Shown: positions 37,093 to 46,232 of the stretch, piece by piece | How positions within the stretch are numbered: the first letter of the stretch is position 1 | Layout: every line of letters begins with the position of its first letter | Origin: a bacterium | GTDB lineage: Bacteria > UBA8248 | DNA length: 64,000 nucleotides | NCBI GenBank assembly: GCA_965221165.1 | Contig: CBDCRP010000003.1 | Span: forward strand, 576,001 to 640,000 | Direction of reading: 5' to 3' | Notes under the pieces: model-generated | Told to the model about the DNA's origin: nothing | The model's input: only the letters and a program-made list of their open reading frames with translations | Databases searched by the model: none | Made by a program: the position numbers and the translations under genes

Positions 37093-38052
37093 ATGACGGA
37101 AACACGAGGGCTTGGACGCATCGAAAGGATTGAAGACCTCCGCAAGGCTTGGCCGCACGAGGCCAACGACTTCACGCCTTGGCTCGCGGAGCACATATCA
37201 GAGCTTGGAGACGCCTTGGGATTGGAAATTGAACTGCAAGAACAAGAAGCGTCGGTCGGTTCATTTTCATTGGATCTGTTGGCTCGTGAGTCGGTAACGG
37301 ACCGCACGGTTATCATCGAGAACCAACTGGAGCCGACCAATCATGATCACTTGGGCAAACTGCTCACATACGCAGGCGGCTACGATGCGAACGTGATCGT
37401 CTGGGTGGCGAAGAACTTCAGGGACGAGTACAGGCAAGCCCTCGACTGGCTGAACCAGCGCACCGACGAAGACACGGAGTTCTTCGGTGTAGCGGTCGAA
37501 TTGTGGAAGATCGGCGATTCACTTCCCGCGCCTCACTTCAACGTGCTCTCCGCTCCTAACGAATGGCAACGAGAAACCAAGCACAGTGTCCGAGATGCGA
37601 AGAAGTCGGAGAGGAGCCAGCGTTATCAGGCGTTTTTCCAGAAACTCGCAGACGCCCTCAGTGAGCGGGGACTCACGAATGCACGCAAGGCACTGGCTGA
37701 AAGTTGGTTCTCATTCTCGGCGGGACATGGAGGGCGCGTGCAATACGGCGCCGTTTTCGGACATGGCAACACGGCCAGAGTTGAATTTTATATCCGCCAT
37801 ACGGTTCAGGAGTGGAACAAGGAGCTGTTCGACCGGCTCATGGATCAAAAAGAGGCCATCGAAGCTGAACTTTCAGAATCTCTCGAATGGCAGCGGCTAG
37901 ACGATAAAACGGCGAGCCGCATTTCAGTGCAGCGCCAAGGCAGCATTGACGACGACCAAGAGACACTGGACGAGATAAGAAACTGGATGATTGAAAAACT
38001 TCTGGACTTCAAGCGCGTTTTCGGCCCGAGACTGGATGAATTGGCGACGTAA
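37093..38052 (+). CDS. DUF4268-domain protein with N-terminal restriction-endonuclease-like domain
   Basis: WPHEANDFTPWL, DLLA, IIENQL, DHLGKLLTYA; C-terminal LEWQRLDDKTASRI. Confidence 0.8.
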   Translation: MTETRGLGRIERIEDLRKAWPHEANDFTPWLAEHISELGDALGLEIELQEQEASVGSFSLDLLARESVTDRTVIIENQLEPTNHDHLGKLLTYAGGYDANVIVWVAKNFRDEYRQALDWLNQRTDEDTEFFGVAVELWKIGDSLPAPHFNVLSAPNEWQRETKHSVRDAKKSERSQRYQAFFQKLADALSERGLTNARKALAESWFSFSAGHGGRVQYGAVFGHGNTARVEFYIRHTVQEWNKELFDRLMDQKEAIEAELSESLEWQRLDDKTASRISVQRQGSIDDDQETLDEIRNWMIEKLLDFKRVFGPRLDELAT

Positions 38053-38182
38053 TCTTGGTTCTTCGTCGCTGAAAATCCCTATTCACAGCTTCAACTCCCC
38101 CCTTGCCCATCGCTCCGAAATGCCGTAGGGCAGAAAAAGAAAATATAATCTACCCTCGAATCGAACCCGAGGAGAAAAGGCG

Positions 38183-38440
38183 ATGGGCTTGAACATCAAG
38201 AACGAAGAAACCTGCAGGCTCGCCGGCGAACTCGCGCACCTGACGGGAGAGACCAAGACGGGCGCCATCACTATCGCGCTGCGCGAACGCCTCGCGCGCG
38301 AAAAACGCCTGCGTGACGCCGACGCCCTGGCCCGGGAGCTTCACGCCATAGGCCGGCGTTGCGCCGGGTTGGTGGGGCCGGGGCCTTCCGCCACCGAGCA
38401 TGGCGATGCGCTCTATGACGAGCGGGGACTACCCGGATGA
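38183..38440 (+). CDS. VapB antitoxin (Rv0623-like)
   Basis: MGLNIKNEE...LAHLTGETKTGAI...LYDERGLP; TATAAT at 38144 and AGGAG RBS upstream. Confidence 0.85.
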   Translation: MGLNIKNEETCRLAGELAHLTGETKTGAITIALRERLAREKRLRDADALARELHAIGRRCAGLVGPGPSATEHGDALYDERGLPG

Positions 38441-38511
38441 TCGTCGATACTTCGGCGCTCCTGTTCAAGGGCGATGATTTCGCTCGAACCGATATTGATA
38501 TTACACATTAA
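38437..38511 (+). pseudogene. vapC toxin remnant with in-frame internal deletion
   Basis: 24-codon ORF MIVDTSAL-LFKGDDFARTDIDITH joins the typical VapC N-terminal and C-terminal motifs; ATGA overlap with vapB. Confidence 0.85.
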
Positions 38512-38553
38512 GTATTATACATAAATAATTGATATTAGTTATAATAAACTATT

Positions 38554-39429
38554 TTATTTCGACTCCGAATTCACGAAATATATGCCCGATGAGATGAAAA
38601 CCGCGCCTCCGAGCATGAGCAGCGTCAGCGGTTCCGCGAGCAGCAAGGCGCCCATCAAGACCCCGAACAATGGCGTCAGGAACATGAATACGCCCACGCG
38701 GCTCGCCGGGTAGTCCGTCAGCAGCCACAGCCAGGGGATCATGGCGAAGCCCGTGCCTATCAGGCCGCTATAGCCCACGCCGGTGAGCACGTTCGCATCC
38801 GTGAGGTCGGGCCAGGGCTCGCCCAGAAACGAGGCGATGAGAAAAAACGGGAGCACGGCCAGAACCTGGGTCCAGGCCGTGATTCTGAAGGCGTCGAAAC
38901 TCCTCAGCCTCATTTTCAGGAAAACCGACTGCACCGCCCATATGACGGCCGCCAGGACGACGATGGCGTCCCCGTACCAGGTGGAACCGCCCGCCGAGGA
39001 GAGCTTGTCGCCGAAGAGGAACACCATGCCCAGGCTCGCGGCCATGAAGCCTAAAATCGCGCGAACGCCCACCCTCTCATGGGGCAGAATCCACGCCGCG
39101 AGCGCCGTCAGGAACAAAGGCTGGGAATAGAGGAACAACGAGGCGCGCCCCGCGGTGGTGTTGTCCACGCCGTGATAATAGGTGATGAACATGACGTTGT
39201 GCAGGCAGGCGTTGATCCAGAAATCGCGGCTTTCCCCCGCCCATCCCGGGCGCGGCGGCAGAACCGGCATTTTTCGGATAAACATGATCAGGAAAACGCT
39301 CGACGCCGAGATGATGCCCCGGAGCCATAAAAACGTGAAAGGCTCCACGCCGCGAAGGCCTATCTTGGCCGCCGGGAAACTCAGGCCCCACAGAAATGTG
39401 ACGGTGAAAATCAAAACGAAAAATCGCAA
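38554..39429 (-). CDS. EamA/DMT family transporter
   Basis: LWGLSFPAAK, FLYSQPLF, LAEPLT. Confidence 0.88.
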   Translation of the reverse strand: MRFFVLIFTVTFLWGLSFPAAKIGLRGVEPFTFLWLRGIISASSVFLIMFIRKMPVLPPRPGWAGESRDFWINACLHNVMFITYYHGVDNTTAGRASLFLYSQPLFLTALAAWILPHERVGVRAILGFMAASLGMVFLFGDKLSSAGGSTWYGDAIVVLAAVIWAVQSVFLKMRLRSFDAFRITAWTQVLAVLPFFLIASFLGEPWPDLTDANVLTGVGYSGLIGTGFAMIPWLWLLTDYPASRVGVFMFLTPLFGVLMGALLLAEPLTLLMLGGAVFISSGIYFVNSESK

Positions 39430-39505
39430 TTCCTGCCTGTTCCTTCAGCAAATCCGCTCAATTCGGGGAATCGAACAGCGGGTGAAATCAGAGGAAAACG
39501 CGCCT

Positions 39506-40129
39506 TTAGCTATCAGATTCTTTTTTCTTGGGAAAAGGCTCCAGGGCCTCCAAATCCACTTTCTGCTCCAGTTCGTCGTGACAGACATCACAGCGCGGCT
39601 GCGCCGTGGCCGCCACCATGAACCCCTTTTCCCTCTCGCCGTCCAGCCGGTGCCCGTTGTGGCACTGCACGCAGTCGGCCTTCAGTTCCGCGTGGTCCGT
39701 GATGGCGTGAAACGCGTCGTCCGCCAATTCCAGGAGACGCTCCTCGTCATGACACTTCACGCAGTCCTTGTCCAGAATGGGATGAAAAACGCGCGAGGGC
39801 TGTTCGTAATCCCCGATGATGAATTTGTACAGATCCTTGTTCGCCAGAATCGTCGTGCGAATCATCCCCGTGATGCCCTCTTCCCCGTGACAGGATATGC
39901 ACCGCACGCCGCCTGCGCTCTTGTGCCATCCGCCGAGCGTCTTCACCACGTTTTTCGCGCGCGCGCCGTCATCGAGGTAATCCTGGTGATCCTGTAAGTG
40001 ACACGCCGTGCAAAAAGGATCGTAGGACTCCACGGCGCGAATGCCGTACAACCCGCCGACCCCGGCCAGGGGGGATAAGACGATGATCAGAATCAACCAT
40101 CTCCACCATCGCCCCCGAGAGCTTCGCAT
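39506..40129 (-). CDS. Membrane-anchored pentaheme c-type cytochrome (NapC/NirT-like N-terminus)
   Basis: N-terminal TM; five CxxCH: CTACH, CISCH, CVKCH, CVQCH, CDVCH. Confidence 0.85.
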   Translation of the reverse strand: MRSSRGRWWRWLILIIVLSPLAGVGGLYGIRAVESYDPFCTACHLQDHQDYLDDGARAKNVVKTLGGWHKSAGGVRCISCHGEEGITGMIRTTILANKDLYKFIIGDYEQPSRVFHPILDKDCVKCHDEERLLELADDAFHAITDHAELKADCVQCHNGHRLDGEREKGFMVAATAQPRCDVCHDELEQKVDLEALEPFPKKKESDS

Positions 40130-40276
40130 TCAGATTCTCCTTGGAGCAAACATGCTAACACCGCCACTCCCCACCCGCCAGGATACGGAACCGCCATCCC
40201 ATCTTCCGCGTTTTAGATCTTCCTCATTATAGCGCGATTTGCTAGGATGGCTCCTGATGACTGGAGGGTCGATCCG

Positions 40277-40639
40277 ATGGCGAGAACAAGATTCAGCGCG
40301 AACAGACGCCGCCCGGGGCGCAGGAGCGCTCCCAAGCCGGCCGCCCCTACCGGAGAAAACGCGAAACAGATCGCCGCGCGCCTCAAATCCTCGGCGAGCG
40401 TGGGCAAGAACGCACAGGATTACAGGCGCAAGTCGCTTGAAATTCACGGCTGGTTCTGCGCGAAATGCGGCCGGGATTTCGATGAGAACAACCTCCACAT
40501 CCTGACGGTGCATCACCGGGACGGGGACCACAAGAACAATCCGCCGGACGGAAGCAACTGGGAGAATCTGTGTGTGGAATGCCACGAGGACGAACACTCC
40601 CGCGACATGCTTGGCCGTTACCTGAGCGATGATCGCTAA
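40277..40639 (+). CDS. YajD-family HNH nuclease
   Basis: CAKCGR, LTVHHRDGDHKNNPPDGSNWENLCVECH. Confidence 0.85.
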   Translation: MARTRFSANRRRPGRRSAPKPAAPTGENAKQIAARLKSSASVGKNAQDYRRKSLEIHGWFCAKCGRDFDENNLHILTVHHRDGDHKNNPPDGSNWENLCVECHEDEHSRDMLGRYLSDDR

Positions 40640-40665
40640 AAACCCCATCTAATACGCTGATCACT

Positions 40666-41955
40666 ATGATATTGTCCGTCAAACCATCGATAGCGAAGGG
40701 AACCACCGGCGTTCCCGGTTCAAAATCCCACTCCATCCGCGCCGTCGCGCTCGCATCCCTGGCATCGGGGAAAAGCACGATATCAAACCCCCTGGATTCC
40801 GAGGACGGCCTCTCGGCGGCCGGCGTCTACGCGAGCTTTGGCGCAGAAATACGTAAACAAGAGAAGGTCTGGTCCGTGGAGGGTTTCGGCGCCCGGCCCA
40901 AGGCGCCGCGCGATGTCCTCGACGTGGGGAATTCAGGAACCACCTGCCGGATGGCGCTCGGCACCGCCGCGCTCATACAAGAGGGCGAAGCTTGTTTCGA
41001 CGGTGATTCCCAGACCAGAAAACGCCCGATGGGGCCGCTGCTCGACGCCCTCCAAAACCTGGGCGCAAGGGCGCAGTCCAAAGGCGGTGGCTACCTCCCC
41101 GTCACGGTGGGCGGCCCGTGGCGCGGCGGCCGGACGAAAGTGGACGGCGCGACCAGCCAGTTCACGTCTTCCTTGTTGTTGAACGCGCCCTTCGGCGAGG
41201 AGACGAGCACCATCGAACCTATCGATCTGAACGAGCGGCCCTACGTCGAGATGACGCTCTGGTGGCTCGATCACCTGGGCCTGCGATATGAGCGCGACGA
41301 ATACAGAAGTTTCACCGTTCCGGGCGGACAGACGCTCTCAGGCTTTGAAATCGCCGTCCCCGCCGATTGGAGTTCCGCCGCCTTTCTCGTGGCCGCAGGC
41401 GCGCTGCCGGGCGGTGACGTCACGCTCCGGGGGCTGGACTTGAACGACTCGCAAGGCGACAAGGAGATTCTTGGATTCGCGGAAGAAATGGGCGCGGATG
41501 TGCTCATCGCCGAGGACGGCATCCGAATACGCGGCGCGGCCCTGCGCGGAGGGGAATTCGACCTGAACGCCACGCCCGATCTGCTGCCCATAATGGCCGT
41601 ACTCGGCGCGTTCGCCGAGGGAGAAACCAGACTCTTGAACGCTCCCCAGGCCCGCATCAAGGAAACCGACAGGATATCCGCCATGCGCGAAGTCATCGAA
41701 GCGCTGGGCGGCGAAGCCGAGGAACTGGCGGATGGCATCATCATCAAGGGGGGCGGCCTCAAAGGCGGGACCGTTCACGGTTTCGGCGATCACCGCATCG
41801 TCATGTCCGCCGCCGTTGCCGGACTCGCCGCGCCGGAGGGGATATCGGTCGACACGGCCGAGACGATGGCGGTAACATTTCCTGATTTTTGCGAGCGCAT
41901 GGCGTCGCTGGGCGCCGACATGAAAACGAGGGATTCACTCGATGCCGATATATGA
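40666..41955 (+). CDS. aroA: 3-phosphoshikimate 1-carboxyvinyltransferase
   Basis: PGSKS, DVGNSGTT.R, RPM, SQFTS, RIKETDRI, DHRI. Confidence 0.95.
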   Translation: MILSVKPSIAKGTTGVPGSKSHSIRAVALASLASGKSTISNPLDSEDGLSAAGVYASFGAEIRKQEKVWSVEGFGARPKAPRDVLDVGNSGTTCRMALGTAALIQEGEACFDGDSQTRKRPMGPLLDALQNLGARAQSKGGGYLPVTVGGPWRGGRTKVDGATSQFTSSLLLNAPFGEETSTIEPIDLNERPYVEMTLWWLDHLGLRYERDEYRSFTVPGGQTLSGFEIAVPADWSSAAFLVAAGALPGGDVTLRGLDLNDSQGDKEILGFAEEMGADVLIAEDGIRIRGAALRGGEFDLNATPDLLPIMAVLGAFAEGETRLLNAPQARIKETDRISAMREVIEALGGEAEELADGIIIKGGGLKGGTVHGFGDHRIVMSAAVAGLAAPEGISVDTAETMAVTFPDFCERMASLGADMKTRDSLDADI

Positions 41956-42274
41956 GTATGAATGCAAGGGGTGCGGCTTCATTTCCGGCCATTTGGTGAT
42001 GAAGCCGGCGGACAGGAGAAAACTCACCTGCCGCTCCTGCGGGAACAAGAAACTGAGAAAAATCATGTCGCGCTTTTCCTCTCACCAGACCGAAGCCCAG
42101 CGTCTCGAAGCGTTCGACCCGTCGAAACCACAGGACGGTTCTTTCTACAAGGACGACCGCAACATCGGGCTCTGGGCCCAAAAACGCGCCCGGCAGATGG
42201 GCGTCGACCTGGGCGATTCTTTCGGTGAAACCCTGGAAAAGGGCCGCTCCAAGAAAATTCTCGATAACCTTTGA
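41942..42274 (+). CDS. FmdB family zinc-ribbon protein
   Basis: MPIYEYECKGCG...CRSCG...KIMS. Confidence 0.85.
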   Translation: MPIYEYECKGCGFISGHLVMKPADRRKLTCRSCGNKKLRKIMSRFSSHQTEAQRLEAFDPSKPQDGSFYKDDRNIGLWAQKRARQMGVDLGDSFGETLEKGRSKKILDNL

Positions 42275-42299
42275 GGTCGTTTTGACTCCCGAAACCACG

Positions 42300-42962
42300 A
42301 TGAGCGAGGCGCTTCGCGCCGAGGCCGAACCGCTTTGGCGAAAAATCCACGCGCATCCCTTCGTCCGGGGTCTCGGGGACGGCACGCTGCCGCTTGCGCA
42401 ATTCCGTTTCTACATGCGCCAGGACTACATTTTTCTGAAGGAATACAGCCGCGCCATCGCCCTGGCCGTCGTGAAGGCCCCCGAACTGGCGGAGATGGGG
42501 CGTTTCGCCGACCTGCTGAACGCCACCCTGAACACGGAGATGGAACTCCACCGGGGATTCGCGGCGAAATTCGGCATCTCGACCGAGGAGATCGAAGCGA
42601 CGAGGCCTGCGCCCGCGTGCAAGGGATACACCGATTTTCTGCTCGAGGCGGCCTATTCGGGTACTTTTGGGGAAATCGCCGCCGCCATGCTCCCCTGCCA
42701 GTGGGATTACGCCATCATCGGCGAACTGCTCGCCGCCAGAGGTATTCCTGAAAACGCGCCGCTCCACGCCGAGTGGATAGAGACCTACGCGTCCGATGAA
42801 TTCGCGCAACTGGCCCGCCGGCTGCGCGAAATGCTCGACCAGGCCGCATCTACGGCGGGTCCGGCCGAGCGGGAGCGCATGCGCGCGCACTTTCTGATGG
42901 GCACGCGGTATGAATACCTCTTCTGGGATATGAGCTGGAACATGGAAGAGTGGCCCCTGTAA
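42300..42962 (+). CDS. tenA: Thiaminase II (TenA)
   Basis: HPFV..L.DGTL, QDYIFL, catalytic Cys in LPCQWDY, WIETY, EYLFWDM. Confidence 0.9.
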   Translation: MSEALRAEAEPLWRKIHAHPFVRGLGDGTLPLAQFRFYMRQDYIFLKEYSRAIALAVVKAPELAEMGRFADLLNATLNTEMELHRGFAAKFGISTEEIEATRPAPACKGYTDFLLEAAYSGTFGEIAAAMLPCQWDYAIIGELLAARGIPENAPLHAEWIETYASDEFAQLARRLREMLDQAASTAGPAERERMRAHFLMGTRYEYLFWDMSWNMEEWPL

Positions 42963-42983
42963 CCCCGCCGTCTGAGAGTCGAT

Positions 42984-43508
42984 ATGTCCCCCAGAACGAG
43001 AAAAAACATACCAAATCCCACACGGTGCACATGGGCCGAGGGCGACCCCTTGATGGAGAAATACCATGACGAGGAATGGGGTTTTCCCGTGCGCACGACC
43101 CGGAAACACTTTGAACAACTGACGCTCGAAATCTTTCAGGCGGGCCTCTCCTGGCGCACCATCCTCCATAAGCGCGTGGAGTTCAGAAAGGAATTCGCGG
43201 GGTTCGCGCCCGAGAAAGTCGCCCTCTTCAGCGAGAAGGATATCAGGCGCATTCTCGGAAACCCGGGCGTCGTTCGGAACCGCAAGAAAATCGAGGCGAC
43301 CATCGAGAACGCGAAGAAATTCCTGGCCATCCAGAAAAAACACGGCTCGTTCAACCGCTATCTCGCCTCCCTGCCGGACGATCTGGAATCCCTGCAAAAG
43401 ATATTTCGCCAGGAATTCACCTTCATGGGACCCAAGATCGCAGAAGCCTATCTCGAGAGCGTGGGCAAGATACCCGAGCAACACGATCCGCGCTGCTGGC
43501 GTGCGTAA
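42984..43508 (+). CDS. tag: DNA-3-methyladenine glycosylase I
   Basis: RCTW, YHDEEWG, FQAGLSW, VRNRKKI, HDPRC. Confidence 0.92.
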   Translation: MSPRTRKNIPNPTRCTWAEGDPLMEKYHDEEWGFPVRTTRKHFEQLTLEIFQAGLSWRTILHKRVEFRKEFAGFAPEKVALFSEKDIRRILGNPGVVRNRKKIEATIENAKKFLAIQKKHGSFNRYLASLPDDLESLQKIFRQEFTFMGPKIAEAYLESVGKIPEQHDPRCWRA

Positions 43509-43640
43509 GGAAAATATATAACAGAATAATATTTTATATATCAACTATTTATATAGATATAATTAAAGTATAATTTTATCATCTTGTAAGCCCCCTTCAT
43601 CTGTTTGATTTTAGAGAAACCAGCCCGGATATATCAGATA

Positions 43641-43686
43641 TCCTTGTATTCATAATAAATGTAAGGCATTATTTAATTTAGTAAGG
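43641..43686 (+). promoter_or_regulatory. Promoter/operator of abrB-vapC
   Basis: TTGTAT(43644)-N17-CATTAT; GTAAGG direct repeats at 43661 and 43681. Confidence 0.4.
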
Positions 43687-43705
43687 AAAAAGGAGGACTC
43701 CACGG

Positions 43706-43939
43706 ATGGTTGAATCCACGATTACCTCAAAGGGGCAAACGACGCTGCCCAAATCCGTGCGTGAGGCGCTCGGCGTGCGTCCGGGCGATCGCGTGCGCTA
43801 CGTCGTCTCGGGCGATGAGGTGCGCATCATGCCGGTGCGGCCCCTCGCCCGGCTGTTCGGCGCACTCAAACACGACGGGCCGCCGGTGACGCTAGAAGAC
43901 ATGGAGCGCGCCGTCGCCAAAGGGGCGAATGAGGCGTGA
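43706..43939 (+). CDS. AbrB/MazE/SpoVT-type antitoxin
   Basis: STITSKGQTTLPKSVREALGVRPGD. Confidence 0.9.
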   Translation: MVESTITSKGQTTLPKSVREALGVRPGDRVRYVVSGDEVRIMPVRPLARLFGALKHDGPPVTLEDMERAVAKGANEA

Positions 43940-44343
43940 TCGCGCTCGACACGAACGTCCTCGTCCGGTATCTGGTGGCCGACGACGCGGGGCATGCCGA
44001 AGCGGCTCAAGCGTTGCTGGCGGGGCTGACAGGCGAGCGGTCCGGCTTCGTCTGCCGCGAGGTGGCGGTCGAACTCGTCTGGGTGCTCGAGCGGGCGTAT
44101 CGGTTTTCCCGGGAACAAATTGCGGCGGTGCTGCAAGAACTCGTCGCCACAGAGGAATTGGAACTCGAGGCGGCGGACGACGTGGCCCGCGCCGCCTTCA
44201 GCTACCGGCGCGGCGGCCCCGGTTTTTCAGACCTCATGATCGCGGCGGCCGCCAACCGGCGCGGCGCACTCCCCCTCTATACCTTCGACAGAGGAGCGGC
44301 GCAGATGGAAGGGGTGGTGTTGGCGGAGACATTGAGTTCATGA
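43936..44343 (+). CDS. VapC PIN toxin
   Basis: IALDTNVLVR, ELVWVL, FSDLMI, YTFD; GTGA overlap with the antitoxin. Confidence 0.9.
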   Translation: MIALDTNVLVRYLVADDAGHAEAAQALLAGLTGERSGFVCREVAVELVWVLERAYRFSREQIAAVLQELVATEELELEAADDVARAAFSYRRGGPGFSDLMIAAAANRRGALPLYTFDRGAAQMEGVVLAETLSS

Positions 44344-44559
44344 GCGCGCAGGTGGGAGTAGAGCTTAGACGGCAATCGGCGAGCCATCCTTCTTTCATTG
44401 ATGAGGGGCTGCAACTGCCCTATGAATCGCCCCTGATCGCTTCAAGCACCGTCTTGGCTTCGAGCATGATCAGCTAGAGGCCACGCGCTATGACGGGAAA
44501 TGCGGGGGCAATCCCGCCCAAGGAGGGTTGCACTCTCCCCCGAGGAAGAGACGCGGCGG

Positions 44560-44839
44560 CGAGACTTGGGGTCAGCAGCGGTTGCACTGGTAAAGACTGC
44601 GAAAACGCCAGTGACCGGTATGCCCGTACTTCGGATACACGAATCCGTTCGGCCAACGGCAACGAAACAGCGCATCGACGCACTTCTCCTCGGTACCGTA
44701 CTCGTCCATGAACCGGGTCAGGCTCTAGTCCTTCTGAAATTGGATGCGATTTTGAGGCATGATATTTCTCCTGATCTTTCAGATAGCTACGAGCATAGAC
44801 CGACTCAGGCTCGCAGGATGAGCTTCATAAGTAATCAGG
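44560..44839 (-). mobile_element. IS1595-family remnant (left IR plus degraded transposase 5' end)
   Basis: CCTGATTAC end at 44839; from ATG 44760 reads MPQNRIQFQKD*SLTRFMDEYGTEEKCVDALFRCRWPNGFVYPKYG...LYQCNRC*; two in-frame stops. Confidence 0.85.
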
Positions 44840-44852
44840 TATATCTATTTTT

Positions 44853-46232
44853 CTACTTCCGAACATCCATTACTATTTTGTCCCAATAATCTTCCTCTTC
44901 TTCGGTTTCTCTCAGACGCTCTTTTAGTGTCTCTCTTGCCATCCCTAGCATTTCCTCTATCCTTTTCTCTGTTTCTTCCTTGCTTTCTTTCTGTCTTCTT
45001 CCGTGTACCACTGAAGATCTTAGATCATAGAACCTTTTGACCTTTCTTTTTATCTGTAATCGCTCTTCTGGAAGCTCGTACCTTCCAAGATAATGAGCTG
45101 CTCTTGTTCCGAGTTTTTCTGTTATTTCCGGTCCTGTTGTTCGGTACAGCGTCTCCAACGCAATTGCTATATCGAGTATTCTGTCTGCTCCTTCCAGTTT
45201 TCCTCTCCGGTTTATCGCGCTTTCAATCCTGTTCATTGCTCTATCGCATCTTTCCTTAAGTTGCCTGCTTTGTTCTTGTCTCCCGTTCATCATTTCCCAT
45301 ATCTTAAATATATCTTCTGACTCTATTCTATAGGGCGTTCCTATCCCCCCTTCTCCTCTTTCCGCGTATGGCCAGTCTGGTGCTAGCGTAATTCCGTCCG
45401 TCAACGAATCATTCCGTATATATAGCCCGCTTGCTCTCTCTATTCTTTTGTTTAGGCCAATTGCTACTCTTGTTATTGCTTCATCGGTGTTCCACTCCGA
45501 CTTGTACTTCCTTTTTACTTCTCGCGTCGCGTCTCCTAACGCTGGCCCCCACGTAAACTCTCTCACGATGGAACTATCTGCTTCAGACCATTCTTTATGC
45601 CATTCGTTAAGCCATTTGTCGTCTCTATATATAAATAATGGGTCGATTTGGTCCTTCGTCCATTCCGACCCTGCTATCAATAACCCTTCCTCTATTATCA
45701 TTAGTTCTTCTACCTCGATTCCATTTATGGGTTGTATCTCGTACCCTCTGATTTCTTCTTTGTCGGAATCTTCTATTAGCCTTTCGAGATCCTCCGCAGC
45801 GTTCCAGCTTCCTCTCACCATCGCATGCTTTATAGCTGTCCCGAGTACCACCTTGCCTATTTTTTCTCTTCCTCCGTACACTTCTTCGTCGCATCCTCCC
45901 ATGCTCCTGAACACTGTGCACTCATATGGTTCGTTCTCTTCCTCTTTGTTCGTAAATGCTCCTTTTTCCTCTAACAAATCTACCGCCCCTTGCCATCCTT
46001 CGATCACTTCTATCTCATCATAATAGTCCTTCGATTTCCTTATTAGATTCCAGCGTTCCTTCTTCTCCTCTTGGTATATCTTCTCCAGAGATCGCGCTTT
46101 TCCGTCTAGCCTGAATGTCGACTGTTCGATTATTCTTCCGAAGCGCTCCGACCACTTCTCTGTCCTGTTTCCTTCTTCTCCATTATTCGATTCCATCTTC
46201 TTTGTGTTCTCCTGGTCATCTTTTCCGGGCAC
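44853..46232 (-). CDS. HEPN-domain protein (ApeA-like HEPN C-terminus)
   Basis: DIAIALETL...KLGTRAA..LG...FYDLRSSVVHG (Rx4H); alternative ATG at 46196. Confidence 0.75.
   Translation of the reverse strand: MPGKDDQENTKKMESNNGEEGNRTEKWSERFGRIIEQSTFRLDGKARSLEKIYQEEKKERWNLIRKSKDYYDEIEVIEGWQGAVDLLEEKGAFTNKEEENEPYECTVFRSMGGCDEEVYGGREKIGKVVLGTAIKHAMVRGSWNAAEDLERLIEDSDKEEIRGYEIQPINGIEVEELMIIEEGLLIAGSEWTKDQIDPLFIYRDDKWLNEWHKEWSEADSSIVREFTWGPALGDATREVKRKYKSEWNTDEAITRVAIGLNKRIERASGLYIRNDSLTDGITLAPDWPYAERGEGGIGTPYRIESEDIFKIWEMMNGRQEQSRQLKERCDRAMNRIESAINRRGKLEGADRILDIAIALETLYRTTGPEITEKLGTRAAHYLGRYELPEERLQIKRKVKRFYDLRSSVVHGRRQKESKEETEKRIEEMLGMARETLKERLRETEEEEDYWDKIVMDVRK

Noticed and set aside
42275-42300. 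TPP riboswitch upstream of tenA
   Set aside because: The intergenic gap is only about 25 nt and no TPP consensus is visible
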